From assembly GCA_009781495.1 (NCBI GenBank), contig WQYA01000005.1, forward strand, positions 5,810 to 69,809: a stretch of DNA of 64,000 nucleotides, given 5' to 3'. The notes below the pieces were generated by a model that did no database searches, had not been told where the DNA came from, and saw only the letters and a list, made by a program, of their open reading frames with translations. Origin of the DNA: Cystobacterineae bacterium. GTDB lineage: Bacteria; Myxococcota; Myxococcia; Myxococcales; Myxococcaceae. The translations under genes were made by a program, and so were the position numbers. Positions within the stretch are counted from its first letter, which is position 1. Every line of letters begins with the position of its first letter. Positions 24,835 to 34,535 of the stretch are shown piece by piece.

Positions 24835-26682
24835 ATGCGCCTAGCAATCAGGTTTATTTTTTGTTGGTTGCTTTATTTTGCTGTTTGGCGTTGGGTATTT
24901 GTCTTTTGGCACTGGCCTTCTTTTGAAGGGGCTGCCTTTCAGGAATTGTTGCAAATATTTTATTTTGGTTTGCGGCAAGACTTGTCGATGGCGGGCTATT
25001 TTTTTATTCTACCCTTCCTTGTTGGGACAATTCTTTATACTTTGTCTCTCCCTTCTAAGGTTTGGAAAGTATTTCTAGTTATATATCAAGACACACTTAT
25101 TGTTATAACATCCTTTTTAAACGTGGTAGATTTAAACATTTACCGCGAATGGGGAAACAAACTCAACTACCGTGCTGTTGAGATTTTTTTTAATTTTCCG
25201 CGTGAATCCATTATCAGCTCTCTCTCTTCGCCCATTTTTATTTCTATTGTTATTTTTTCTTTAATGGTGGTGATAGGTTTTTCCCTAGGGCATTTTATAT
25301 TAAGAGATATTTCTATTTCTTCATTAAAGAAACGGTGGGGCGGGGTGGTTTTTCTATTGGTATCCATTGGATTATTCATTATGATTCGTGGCGGGTTAGG
25401 TGTTGCGACCATGAATCAATCTGCTGTTTATTTTTCGAACAAACATGTCCTGAATCATGCAGCATTGAATACGGAATGGAATTTATTGCATAACATTTGG
25501 AAGACACGCAATAACACCACCCATCCTCATATGGAATATGCTCAGGATGAAGCCCGTGAAGTGGTGGATAACATTTTGAAGCCCCCGGCCTATTCTCCTG
25601 GGAAACCGATGGTTCTTTTAGAGAGGCCCAATGTTATACTCATCATTTTAGAATCTTTTTCAGCGGGTTTAATGAAAGCATTGGGAGGGGAGGTTGAAGG
25701 GGTGCCTTTTCTGGATAGATTGTCGACGCAATCTGTTTTTTTTGAGAATTTCTATGCGACAGGCGACAGAACAGACAAGGGTCTCATTGGCATACTCAGC
25801 GGTTTTCCTTCGCAGGAAAGCCAGTCTATCATCACCATTCCTGAGAAGAATGAAAAGCTTCCATCCATTATAAAAAGTCTCAAGCGAGAAGGCTATGCGA
25901 CTTCTTTTGTCTATGGCGGGGATGCCGCATTTTTCAACATTAAATCTTTTTTGCTAAGCCAAGGGACGGATAAGCTTATAGACGGGAATTTTTTTCAGCG
26001 AAACGAAAAGAATTCCAAATGGGGCGCCCATGACGGTGTTGTTTTGGATTTTTTAGTTGATTTTTTAGACAAGGAGTCTCCCCCATTTTTTTCAACATTC
26101 CTCACGTTGAGCAATCATGAGCCCTTTGAAGTTCCTGGAGAAAGCTATTTTTCAGGAGATGATTTGCAATCCAAATTTAGAAGCACAGCCTATTATACAG
26201 ACAAGTCATTGGAAGATTTTTTCAAAAAAGCGCAACAGAGAGAATGGTATCCAAACACATTGTTTGTTTTGGTTGCAGATCATGGACACTATCTTCCTGA
26301 AAATTTAACGAACAGGCTCATTCCCGAGAGATTTCATATTCCCATGTTGTTTTTTGGAAACCCTATTGCAGAGGCTTGGAGAGGCAAGCGTGTTTCCGAA
26401 GTGGGTTCTCAAACAGACATAGCGAAGACTTTATTGGCTCAACTGGGAATGAGAGCGAATGAGTTTGAATTTGGAAGAGATTTGTTGTCTTCAGAGCACA
26501 CCGGTTTTGCATTTTTTTCTTATGTAGGAGGTTTTGGAGTTGTTGAAGATGGCTGCAAGCTTGTCTATGACGTCAACATGAAAAAAACGATTTTTGAAAC
26601 CAGTTGTGACAACACAGAGGAAACGCTCAAAAAAGGCAAAGCCTTTATGCAGATTGTCTATCAAAAGTTCCTGGATTTATGA
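24835..26682 (+). CDS. LTA synthase / phosphoglycerol-transferase family membrane sulfatase-fold protein
   Basis: About 5 N-terminal TM segments plus an alkaline-phosphatase-superfamily domain (ILESFSA, TDKG, WGAHDG, SNHEPF, ADHGH). The gene is markedly AT-rich. Confidence 0.7.
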   Translation: MRLAIRFIFCWLLYFAVWRWVFVFWHWPSFEGAAFQELLQIFYFGLRQDLSMAGYFFILPFLVGTILYTLSLPSKVWKVFLVIYQDTLIVITSFLNVVDLNIYREWGNKLNYRAVEIFFNFPRESIISSLSSPIFISIVIFSLMVVIGFSLGHFILRDISISSLKKRWGGVVFLLVSIGLFIMIRGGLGVATMNQSAVYFSNKHVLNHAALNTEWNLLHNIWKTRNNTTHPHMEYAQDEAREVVDNILKPPAYSPGKPMVLLERPNVILIILESFSAGLMKALGGEVEGVPFLDRLSTQSVFFENFYATGDRTDKGLIGILSGFPSQESQSIITIPEKNEKLPSIIKSLKREGYATSFVYGGDAAFFNIKSFLLSQGTDKLIDGNFFQRNEKNSKWGAHDGVVLDFLVDFLDKESPPFFSTFLTLSNHEPFEVPGESYFSGDDLQSKFRSTAYYTDKSLEDFFKKAQQREWYPNTLFVLVADHGHYLPENLTNRLIPERFHIPMLFFGNPIAEAWRGKRVSEVGSQTDIAKTLLAQLGMRANEFEFGRDLLSSEHTGFAFFSYVGGFGVVEDGCKLVYDVNMKKTIFETSCDNTEETLKKGKAFMQIVYQKFLDL

Positions 26683-26717
26683 AGTCAGCATTTCTTTGAG
26701 ATATTTGATAAACTGTT

Positions 26718-27443
26718 TTATGTTTGGCGAAGAGATTCCTTTGTTTGCATGGCTTTAGCCAGAAGTTTCTGCTTTCTTAAGGGGCCGATAATTTTTTTGG
26801 CTTCCAAAAAATCCAAAAACACATTGAGTTCTGTTTCCTCTATGGAAGGCGACTGTTCATAGAGTGCTTCCATATGTTTTTCAGAAGGGATTTCGAGTCC
26901 TTCTTCGAAGAATTCATTGAAGAAGGCATTGAAAATCTTCCATTCCACAGCTGGAATGGTTTGGGCGTGTTTTTCAAACTCCAACCTTAAATTTTGAAGT
27001 TTGTCTTCGTCCAAAGAGGCCAAGCGAGAAAGTGTTTGAATGGATTCCAGGACAAATTCAGCATCAAACTCGGAGAAGTCATGTTCGCTTTCATAGGCTT
27101 CTTCGAACAAGCAAGACAAGAACAGAGATTCCGATTGTTCATCTGTTGCGCCTTCTGCCAGAAGTGCCGATTCTGTTTCTGAAAATGCAGCCATGAACAT
27201 GGGATTTTGCTTGAGGCTGAGCAGTGTTGCTTTGAGAGAAAGCCAAAACAAAGCGCGTTGCACGCCTTCGGGTTTGTTGCTTTTGGAATTTAAAATAAGC
27301 TCTGTCAACTCGGGTCTGCTTTCTGCGGCTTTAGAAAAACAGAGTTCTTCTGAGTCTAGGGGCATTCCTTTTTGAATGAGGAGCAGGGTTTTTTTAGATG
27401 AGGAGAAAGACAAGAAGCGTGCCGTAATCGGGTGCATGGTCAA
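26718..27443 (-). CDS. acidic hypothetical protein
   Basis: 241-aa ORF rich in Glu/Asp/Phe/Leu with no recognised motif. AT-rich like its convergent neighbour. Confidence 0.4.
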   Translation of the reverse strand: MTMHPITARFLSFSSSKKTLLLIQKGMPLDSEELCFSKAAESRPELTELILNSKSNKPEGVQRALFWLSLKATLLSLKQNPMFMAAFSETESALLAEGATDEQSESLFLSCLFEEAYESEHDFSEFDAEFVLESIQTLSRLASLDEDKLQNLRLEFEKHAQTIPAVEWKIFNAFFNEFFEEGLEIPSEKHMEALYEQSPSIEETELNVFLDFLEAKKIIGPLRKQKLLAKAMQTKESLRQT

Positions 27444-27584
27444 GTGAAGGCATAAACCGCCCTAAATTTCAAATCCAGAACATATTGCACTCCATATAGG
27501 GTGTTCATTTGGAGAAAATAAGTATAGAGGTACCTGAAAGCTTAAGTTGAAGCATTTTCTAAAGAAGACTAGGTTATGCGCGTC

Positions 27585-28388
27585 ATGAAAAAGTGGTGGC
27601 TATACAGTTGGTTTTGTTTTGCCTGTGCGACGACATCCACAGACCATCTCTCGTTGACTTATTCGGACGAGGCCCAGGAGAATTTGAGGCGTGGGGAGGT
27701 GGCCTATGCGAGCAAGGACTGGGTGGTAGCGCAGCGTTATTATGAGCGGGTAGTCACGAAATTTCCCTATTCGGAGGTTGCGGCGACGGCGGAATTACGT
27801 TTAGCGGATGTGGATTTTGCGAGAGCGGATTCGGTGTCGGCAAGGGTTCGTTATGAGGATTTTGTGAAGAGCCATCCGACCAACCCCAAAGCGGATTGGG
27901 CGAAGTTTCGTTTAGCGCTGACCTATTTTGAGGAGATGCCTTCGGAATTTTTTATATTGCCGCCTGCATATGAGAAGGAGCAAACCGCCATACGTGCGGC
28001 GCGTTCTTCCTTGTTGGCCTTTCTAAAGGACTATCCCAATTCTGAATATGTGAAGGAAGCTCGCGAGTTGTTGTCAAAAACCCACAAGCGTCTGGCCAAG
28101 CACGAGTTATATGTTGCCGAATTTTATGCCAAACGAAAATACTGGCCTGCCGTCATAGGGAGGCTTGAGAACATTGCTCGCGACTATGGGGACGGGGGTT
28201 TTGAGGGGGATGTATTTCTAGGTTTATATAGGGCAAACCTTGCCTTAGGCGACATAGCCGCGGCCAAAGAGAGTTTGGAGCGTTTGCTTCAAGGCTTTCC
28301 GAATTCGGAGGCGGTGAAGGAAGCGAGGGTTTTGTTGGAGCGTTTAAAGGCGAAGGACGTGGGTGGAGGCCCTGCTGTTCCTGAATAA
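27585..28388 (+). CDS. bamD: outer membrane protein assembly factor BamD (YfiO-like TPR lipoprotein)
   Basis: Lipoprotein signal MKKWWLYSWFCFAC and TPR-like repeats. The BamD-typical pattern is present: Y...V..FP.S......L.LA...., ....F...P.......A......E, plus the LAKHELYVAEFY segment. Confidence 0.7.
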   Translation: MKKWWLYSWFCFACATTSTDHLSLTYSDEAQENLRRGEVAYASKDWVVAQRYYERVVTKFPYSEVAATAELRLADVDFARADSVSARVRYEDFVKSHPTNPKADWAKFRLALTYFEEMPSEFFILPPAYEKEQTAIRAARSSLLAFLKDYPNSEYVKEARELLSKTHKRLAKHELYVAEFYAKRKYWPAVIGRLENIARDYGDGGFEGDVFLGLYRANLALGDIAAAKESLERLLQGFPNSEAVKEARVLLERLKAKDVGGGPAVPE

Positions 28389-28419
28389 TATTATGCAGTT
28401 ATTTGAGGTTTTATCAGCC

Positions 28420-29022
28420 ATGGGGAGACGAAGCTGTTGGGGAATTCTTCATATGGTATTTGTCTTATGGGGGTTGGGGTGTGCTTTGTGGAAGAATCCC
28501 GAAACTGAAATATTGGGTCAGCTCAAAATGTGTGAAAGCAAGGGTTCTTATGAGCGGGCGATAGGGGGGGGTGAGAAGCCGAAGCTGTTGAGAGTTCAGC
28601 GGATGTTTTTTCAGCGGTTGACGGTTGTGTTAGAAGAGGACAGGAAGCGGGCGCAAGTCATAGGCACCTTGGATTTGGATGGGGTTTGGGGTATTTTGGA
28701 TTCAAAAAAAGAGCAATACATTCGTTCTTTAGGCTTTGAGCGCGTAGAATTCGTGTATGAAGGAGGGAGATGGGAAGCGACAGAAGGTTGTTTTCCACGG
28801 CTTGAAGCGGTGTTGTGGTTTCTCAGCGAACAAGAGGGGCAAGAGGCGGAGGGAGAGGCGCCTGGCACACTGGGATGGAACATACGTCTGGAGCGAGAAG
28901 GGGCGCGTATCAGCCAGGAAATAGAGAGGGTGAGGCAAGAAGGAGGAGGGGCATCGGGTTGGCGTTCATTTTTTCTCAGGAGAGGGGCAGATGGCAAGCT
29001 TCAGCGTGCGGACATACCATGA
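28420..29022 (+). CDS. putative lipoprotein, function unknown
   Basis: The internal start MGRRSCWGILHMVFVLWGLGC provides a signal plus lipobox-like LGC. The ORF track start at 28363 overlaps the end of bamD. Confidence 0.4.
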   Translation: MGRRSCWGILHMVFVLWGLGCALWKNPETEILGQLKMCESKGSYERAIGGGEKPKLLRVQRMFFQRLTVVLEEDRKRAQVIGTLDLDGVWGILDSKKEQYIRSLGFERVEFVYEGGRWEATEGCFPRLEAVLWFLSEQEGQEAEGEAPGTLGWNIRLEREGARISQEIERVRQEGGGASGWRSFFLRRGADGKLQRADIP

Positions 29023-29031
29023 GGTTTTTTT

Positions 29032-29733
29032 ATGAATGAAGCTGTTTGGCAGCAGGTGGCGTTGGGGAAGGGTTTTTTTGAGAAGAACCAATACTATGAA
29101 GCGGAGGAGTGTTTGCGGAAGGTGGTGGAGGGTGGAGGGCGTTATGCGGATGTTTTTTTCATGCTTGGCATGATGGCGCACGAGCGGCAGGCGTTGAAGG
29201 AAGCCAAGGAATTTTTTGAATCTGCGATTGAATTAAATGCAAGCTATGCGGATGCTTGGCTGGGGTTATCCTTGACATTGGGGGAGCTGGGCCTCTATGA
29301 GGAGGCGCGCGAGGCTCAAGAGAAGGCGAGGCATATTCGTCTAAGTCCTACTGGAGAAATAGACGCCTACGTCAAGCAAAAAATAGCCAATCGCTATTCA
29401 GAAATTGGAGAGATTTTAACTTCTGCTGGCTGGTTTGAGAAAGGTGTTGCAGAATATCAGCGGGCGCTGGACTTATGTCCTGAGTTTGTAGACATTCGTT
29501 TAAAGTTGGCCAATGCTTATATGGAAGGAGGGGATAGGGAGAAGGCATTAGAGGAGTTGAGTCATATATTGCAAATGCAGGCGGATTATTTTCCAGCGAG
29601 GGTACGCTATGGATTGGTTTTATATTCGCTGGATCGAACAGCGGAGGCAAAGGCTGCATGGGAATATGTGCTTCAGCGAAGCCCGAATCATCGGGTTGCG
29701 AAGATGTATATGAATTTGATTGAGAAGCGGTGA
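29032..29733 (+). CDS. TPR repeat protein
   Basis: Repeated 34-aa TPR-like units (YYEAEECLRKVV, ADVFFMLGMMA, ADAWLGLSLTLGELGLYEEA, EYQRALDLCPEF, RVRYGLVLYSL..AEAKAAWEYVLQRSPNH). Confidence 0.65.
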   Translation: MNEAVWQQVALGKGFFEKNQYYEAEECLRKVVEGGGRYADVFFMLGMMAHERQALKEAKEFFESAIELNASYADAWLGLSLTLGELGLYEEAREAQEKARHIRLSPTGEIDAYVKQKIANRYSEIGEILTSAGWFEKGVAEYQRALDLCPEFVDIRLKLANAYMEGGDREKALEELSHILQMQADYFPARVRYGLVLYSLDRTAEAKAAWEYVLQRSPNHRVAKMYMNLIEKR

Positions 29734-29769
29734 GGGGAAACGTGTTCTTGGTTTGGTAATCTCGGAGGC

Positions 29770-30897
29770 ATGGATTTGAATTCCAATTCTGGAGGCAATT
29801 ATGTCCTCAAATTCACATCGGGGAAATATGCCGGGGGAGAATTTCCCATACGGTCAGATCAGCCCGTTATTATTGGACGCAAGCCTGACCTAGACATTTC
29901 TCTTCCTGAGGACATGGTTTCGCGCAAGCATGCGAGGCTTACGCTTTCGAATGGCAAGGTTTTTTTGGAGGATTTGGGTTCTACCAATGGGACGATAGTG
30001 CTCAAGAGAGCGACCAATGGGGTTATCGTCAACGAGGAGAAGGTATCGGCGAAGTTTTTAGAGGAAGGCGATTGTATTCGCATTGGCATTTCTGAATTTC
30101 ATCTCCTACGGACCGACAAGCTGCAGGCAGTGGATAATGCGGAGGCCAAAGCGCAATTATTGCAAGTGGCCGACGTCAATTTCTCACGTGTTACGAAAAC
30201 GGGGGTACATGGAAAGCTAGAGATGCTGTCTTTGCCAGAGGAAAAGGGGACGGTGGGGGGGGAGCATCTCAGGGCGTTGTCTTTGTCAAAGGAGTCGAAG
30301 GAAAGGGCGATGATGGGGAAGCTGAAAGCGCTGCCTTTGCCGGATTTGCTGCAGCTTTTTCACCATTCCAAGAGAACGGGGATGTTGGTGGTGCACGGTT
30401 TCTTCAAGGACAGGCAGCAGGAGCAAGTTGAAGGGCAAAAGACAAGCGAAGGAGAAGTCAAAGAAGGGCGCATTTATATGCGTCAAGGGCAGGTTTACCA
30501 TGCATCCGTTGAGGGAGCTCCAAGCCTATCGCCCCGGAAGAGCTTTTCGCGGATTGTCACTTGGAATGAAGGTGATTTTGAGTTGTTGGGGGCAGACGAG
30601 ACACATTTTCCGAACGAGATGGAAGAGTCCATCGAATCTCTTTTGATGGAAGCTTTGCGCCAATATGATGAGCTTCGACGTCTTGAAAACTTGCCTTCAT
30701 TGGCGAGTGTTTTGAGCATTGTCAAACCGCTGGAGTCCCCTTTAAATGCGCTCAGCAAGGAGCAGTTGGACGTGCTTCAGTTGATTTATAACCACGGTGT
30801 TTTCCAGTTGGTTCTGGACCACTCCGAGGATGATGACGCCAAATGTTCTGAATCTGTCCTAGAGTTGATTCGCCGCGGCTATGTTTTGGCTTCCTAG
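29770..30897 (+). CDS. FHA domain / DUF4388 (PatA-N-like) protein
   Basis: FHA core GRKPDLDISLPEDMVSRKHARL...LEDLGSTNGT. The central LPLPDLLQLFHHSKRTGMLVV is a typical DUF4388 motif. Confidence 0.7.
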   Translation: MDLNSNSGGNYVLKFTSGKYAGGEFPIRSDQPVIIGRKPDLDISLPEDMVSRKHARLTLSNGKVFLEDLGSTNGTIVLKRATNGVIVNEEKVSAKFLEEGDCIRIGISEFHLLRTDKLQAVDNAEAKAQLLQVADVNFSRVTKTGVHGKLEMLSLPEEKGTVGGEHLRALSLSKESKERAMMGKLKALPLPDLLQLFHHSKRTGMLVVHGFFKDRQQEQVEGQKTSEGEVKEGRIYMRQGQVYHASVEGAPSLSPRKSFSRIVTWNEGDFELLGADETHFPNEMEESIESLLMEALRQYDELRRLENLPSLASVLSIVKPLESPLNALSKEQLDVLQLIYNHGVFQLVLDHSEDDDAKCSESVLELIRRGYVLAS

Positions 30898-30998
30898 GAA
30901 GACGCATTTCTGCATTCAAAGCCGAGGCAAATTTTGCAGGCACAGGGACTGAATGCGCATGTTTTTCTCTGGCGATTAAAAAATATTCATGAGGTTGG

Positions 30999-31787
30999 AT
31001 GATTCCGATAAAGGCGTGGTGGAGACGGGGGGGGACAAACCCCAAAGGGAGCCATTGTGAGATGAGCTGGGTTCTTCCGCTGCTTTTGGAGACAATGTTA
31101 GGTTTTGCAGCTCCTGTGATTGTTTTAGATCCAGGCCATGGAGGCATACAGCCTGGCGCCCAAGCAGGGGGTTTTCGTGAGAAAGATTTTGCGTTGGCTT
31201 TGGCTTTGTTGCTCAAAGCAGATTTGGAGCAACAAGGGTTGGAAGTCCACTTGACGCGTGACAGCGATGTAGGGGTGTCTCTGCATGAGCGTGTTAAGCG
31301 GGCCAACGAAAAAGAGCCGGCTGTTTTCATTTCCTTGCATGCCAATGCGATTTCGCACGAGCATCGACTCAAGAGCCATGGGATTGAAACCTATTTTCTT
31401 GCGGCACGTGCTTCCACAGAGCGTGCGCGCCAGGTAGCCGCGCTTGAAAACAAAGCCTTGCATGTAAAATCTCAACACGCGGACATTCTTGAAAAAATTC
31501 TTGCTGATTTGCAGCGGACGCAATCCCACATGGCGTCTTCTCGTCTTGCGCATATGGTGCAAGAAGCGTTGATTCGTGTGAGTGGAGCCAAAGACAGAGG
31601 GGTGCAGCAAGCGCTTTTTCTGGTGTTGGCAGGCGTGAATGCGCCGGCCATTTTGATAGAGTTTGGATTTGTTTCTCATGGAAGGGAGCTCAAAAAACTG
31701 AAGGATGCCGAATACCAACGTTTGTTGAGCAAGGCGGTGACTCAAGGCATATTGAAGTTTTTGCAGCGTGAAGATGTTTCTCAGTAG
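30999..31787 (+). CDS. N-acetylmuramoyl-L-alanine amidase (Amidase_3)
   Basis: VIVLDPGHGG, E.D..L, ERV..AN....FISLHANA and PAILIEFGF. The true start may be the internal MSWVLPLLL at 31062. Confidence 0.8.
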   Translation: MIPIKAWWRRGGTNPKGSHCEMSWVLPLLLETMLGFAAPVIVLDPGHGGIQPGAQAGGFREKDFALALALLLKADLEQQGLEVHLTRDSDVGVSLHERVKRANEKEPAVFISLHANAISHEHRLKSHGIETYFLAARASTERARQVAALENKALHVKSQHADILEKILADLQRTQSHMASSRLAHMVQEALIRVSGAKDRGVQQALFLVLAGVNAPAILIEFGFVSHGRELKKLKDAEYQRLLSKAVTQGILKFLQREDVSQ

Positions 31788-31801
31788 TAGAAGGGGGGGC
31801 T

Positions 31802-32518
31802 ATGCGCTCTCAACAACGAAGTTTGCTTTCCATGCGGCCCGTCCAAATTGTTCCGAATGTTTCTTTGCATGCAGAAGGCTCTGTCCAAATTGAGTTTGGC
31901 AATACACAAGTACACGTGACGTGCTCCGTTGAAGAGCGTGTCCCTGCGCATGTGCTGGGCACGGGTTTGGGGTGGGTGACCGCGGAATATGGAATGTTGC
32001 CGCGTGCAACCCAGGAACGCACCCAGCGCGAAGCGGCCAAAGGGAAACAGACGGGAAGGACGCTGGAGATACAGAGGTTGATTGGCCGGAGTTTGCGTGC
32101 CTGCGTTGACTTAAAGGCCTTGGGAAGCCGAACATTGACTTTGGATTGTGATGTGATTCAGGCGGATGGTGGAACGCGGACTGCGTCCATTACGGGGGCC
32201 TATGTGGCCATGGTTTTGGCCATGCGGAAAATGAAGAAGGATGGGCGTTTGTTGGCCATGCCCAAGTTGACGCCTTTGGCTGCTGTTTCCGTGGGTATTT
32301 GCAAGGGGCACGTATGCGTCGATCTCGACTATGCAGAGGATTCCACTGCTGAAGTAGACATGAATTTGGTTGCGCTGGAGGGGCGTAGACTCGTTGAATT
32401 GCAAGGAACGGCCGAGAAGGGCAGTTTCAGTCAAGACAAACTGAATGAGATGTTGGAGGCGGGGTTTGGGGCGGTGGAGGTGTTGATTCAACTCCAAAAG
32501 CAGGTATTGGACGGATGA
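31802..32518 (+). CDS. rph: ribonuclease PH
   Basis: 238 aa with EGSVQIEFGNTQVHVT, GWVTAEYGMLPRAT, GRTLEIQRLIGRSLR and ADGGTRTASITGA. Confidence 0.9.
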   Translation: MRSQQRSLLSMRPVQIVPNVSLHAEGSVQIEFGNTQVHVTCSVEERVPAHVLGTGLGWVTAEYGMLPRATQERTQREAAKGKQTGRTLEIQRLIGRSLRACVDLKALGSRTLTLDCDVIQADGGTRTASITGAYVAMVLAMRKMKKDGRLLAMPKLTPLAAVSVGICKGHVCVDLDYAEDSTAEVDMNLVALEGRRLVELQGTAEKGSFSQDKLNEMLEAGFGAVEVLIQLQKQVLDG

Positions 32519-33102
32519 AGGTTTTGCTTGCCAGTCAAAACGCAGGGAAGCTCCGAGAATTTTCTGCCTTGTTGGAGGGCGTTGCGACTTTGCTGACACC
32601 GGTGGAGCTAGGGCTTCATTTGGATGTTGAGGAGTCCGGCACAAGCTTTGCTGAAAATGCGCAGCGCAAGGCCCAAGCTTTTGCCGAGGCTTCAAAACTG
32701 CCGAGCCTGGCGGACGATTCGGGTTTGTGTGTGGATGCCTTGCAAGGCGCGCCGGGCGTCCATTCTGCCCGCTATGCCGAGAGCGATGCTGCGCGCATTG
32801 CCCGACTTTTGAACGAGATGAAGGACTGCCCCGAAGCTCAGCGCGCGGCACATTTTTCATGCGTCCTGTGTTTGGCCTTCCCGGATGGGAGGGTGTTTTT
32901 TTCCGAGGGGGCGTGTTATGGGAGGATTGCCTGTGCACCGCGCGGCGCGCATGGTTTTGGTTATGATCCGCTCTTTGAGCTCCCCAACGGAAAAACCATG
33001 GCGGAGTTGACGCGTGAGGGAAAAGCCCAAATTTCGCACCGTGGACTTGCCGCAAGGCGCATGCGTGTGCAGCTGGAAGCTTTGCTTGGGCATTCCCAAT
33101 AG
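32515..33102 (+). CDS. rdgB: dITP/XTP pyrophosphatase (RdgB/Ham1)
   Basis: LASQNAGKLREF, E.G.SF.ENA..KA, ADDSGL.VDAL.G.PGV.SARY and GFGYDP.F. Shows the conserved rph-rdgB synteny, overlapping rph by 4 nt. Confidence 0.85.
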   Translation: MKVLLASQNAGKLREFSALLEGVATLLTPVELGLHLDVEESGTSFAENAQRKAQAFAEASKLPSLADDSGLCVDALQGAPGVHSARYAESDAARIARLLNEMKDCPEAQRAAHFSCVLCLAFPDGRVFFSEGACYGRIACAPRGAHGFGYDPLFELPNGKTMAELTREGKAQISHRGLAARRMRVQLEALLGHSQ

Positions 33103-33114
33103 CATTCCCAAGCC

Positions 33115-34440
33115 CTAACCGTTTTCGCCGGGCTCCTTGGGCTGTTTGAGTTTTTGCAGTTGTGCATAGCGGGCTTGTACAGCGCGCTCCTCGCCGTTTT
33201 CAGAGGGGAAGAAGAAGCGCTCGCCGCGCAGGCCTTCAGGGAGATAATTTTCCACCACATAGTGTCCGCTAAAGTTATGGGGATATTGGTAACCCGCGGC
33301 ATAACCCATAGACTTCATCAGCTGGGTAGGGGCATTACGCAAATGGAGGGGGACAGGCAGGGGGCCATAGCGTTGAATGCTGCTTTTGGCAGAGTCATAG
33401 GTGGAGATGGCCGTATTGGATTTAGGGGCCATAGCCAGGAAAGTAACTGCCTGGGTGAGCGGGAGGCGGCATTCCGGCATACCGAGCATTTCGACAGCCT
33501 GCATGGCGGCAACAGCCACAAGCAAACCTCGCGGCTCCGCATTGCCGACGTCCTCCGAGGCAAAAATCAGCATGCGCCGGGCGACGAAGCGGGGCTCCTC
33601 GCCGGACTCCAGCATACGCGCCATCCAATAGACGGCCGCGTCCGGGTCCGATCCGCGCATGGACTTAATGAAAGCGGAGACGACGTTATAATGCTCCTCC
33701 CCATGTTTGTCATAGAGGAAGCTGTTTTGCTGCATGGCCTCCTCCACGGTTTTCACCCCAATGTTGCCCTCGGCATGGAAGGAGCACATTTCAAGCAGGG
33801 TGAGGGCCTGGCGCGCATCCCCATAGGCATTTTGGGCAATAAGGGTGAGGGCGTCTTCGTCTGCTTGCAGCTTTCCTCCAAACCCGCGCTCGCTTTGCAA
33901 GGCTTGAGAAAGCAGGAAGCGAAGTTGCTCCTCGTCCAAGGCATAGAGGCTGACCACCCGAAGCCTGGAGAGCAGCGCCGCGTTAATTTCAAAGGAGGGG
34001 TTTTCTGTGGTAGCCCCCAGGAGAATAAGGGTACCGTTTTCGACATAGGGGAGGAGGGCGTCCTGTTGGGCTTTGTTAAAGCGGTGGATTTCGTCCACGA
34101 AGAGCAGGGTAAGCTGCCGGTGAAAGCGCCAACGCTCCTGTGCTTTGACGACGGTTTCTCGAAGCTCGCGCACGCCGGCGCTGACGGCGGAAATGGGCTC
34201 AAAGGCCGCATGGGTTGCATGGGCGATGAGGCGGGCGAGGGTGGTTTTACCGCTACCGGGGGGTCCCCAGAAGACGAGGGAGGGGAGGTTACCGGTTTCA
34301 ATGGCCCGCCGTATAAATTTCCCGGGGCCGACCAAATGTGTTTGGCCGATGAATTCGTCCAGGTTGCGTGGACGCATGCGCTCTGCCAAGGGGGCGCGCA
34401 AATGGAAGTCCTGGATGGCTGCCTGCTCAAATAAGTCCAT
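33115..34440 (-). CDS. rarA: replication-associated recombination protein A (AAA+)
   Basis: LAERMRPRNLDEFIGQTHL, Walker A GPPGSGKTT, Walker B LFVDEIHRFNK and the MgsA C-terminal domain (AVYWMARML..GE). The start at MDLFEQ (34440) is preferred over the track start at 34482. Confidence 0.9.
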   Translation of the reverse strand: MDLFEQAAIQDFHLRAPLAERMRPRNLDEFIGQTHLVGPGKFIRRAIETGNLPSLVFWGPPGSGKTTLARLIAHATHAAFEPISAVSAGVRELRETVVKAQERWRFHRQLTLLFVDEIHRFNKAQQDALLPYVENGTLILLGATTENPSFEINAALLSRLRVVSLYALDEEQLRFLLSQALQSERGFGGKLQADEDALTLIAQNAYGDARQALTLLEMCSFHAEGNIGVKTVEEAMQQNSFLYDKHGEEHYNVVSAFIKSMRGSDPDAAVYWMARMLESGEEPRFVARRMLIFASEDVGNAEPRGLLVAVAAMQAVEMLGMPECRLPLTQAVTFLAMAPKSNTAISTYDSAKSSIQRYGPLPVPLHLRNAPTQLMKSMGYAAGYQYPHNFSGHYVVENYLPEGLRGERFFFPSENGEERAVQARYAQLQKLKQPKEPGENG

Positions 34441-34535
34441 AGACGACTCAAGGCCTCGCGCAAAAACTCGCATGAAAAGCAAGGCATGTCAAAAGCACTC
34501 AAGTATTTGGAGATAAAACCCTTTATATAGCTTAT

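Noticed and set aside
33154-34434. 426-aa plus-strand ORF, together with similar long ORFs: 32111-33055(-), 35332-36225(-), 41792-42616(-), 55674-56537(-), 11920-12606(+), 46053-46691(+), 47369-47935(+) and 15718-16476(-).
   Set aside because: All lie antisense or out of frame to genes with unambiguous conserved motifs (rarA, rph/rdgB, SNF2, M23/moaC, UDG, thiG, nuoH, nuoG, HK). They have Arg/Gly/Pro/Ala-biased composition typical of shadow ORFs in GC-rich DNA.
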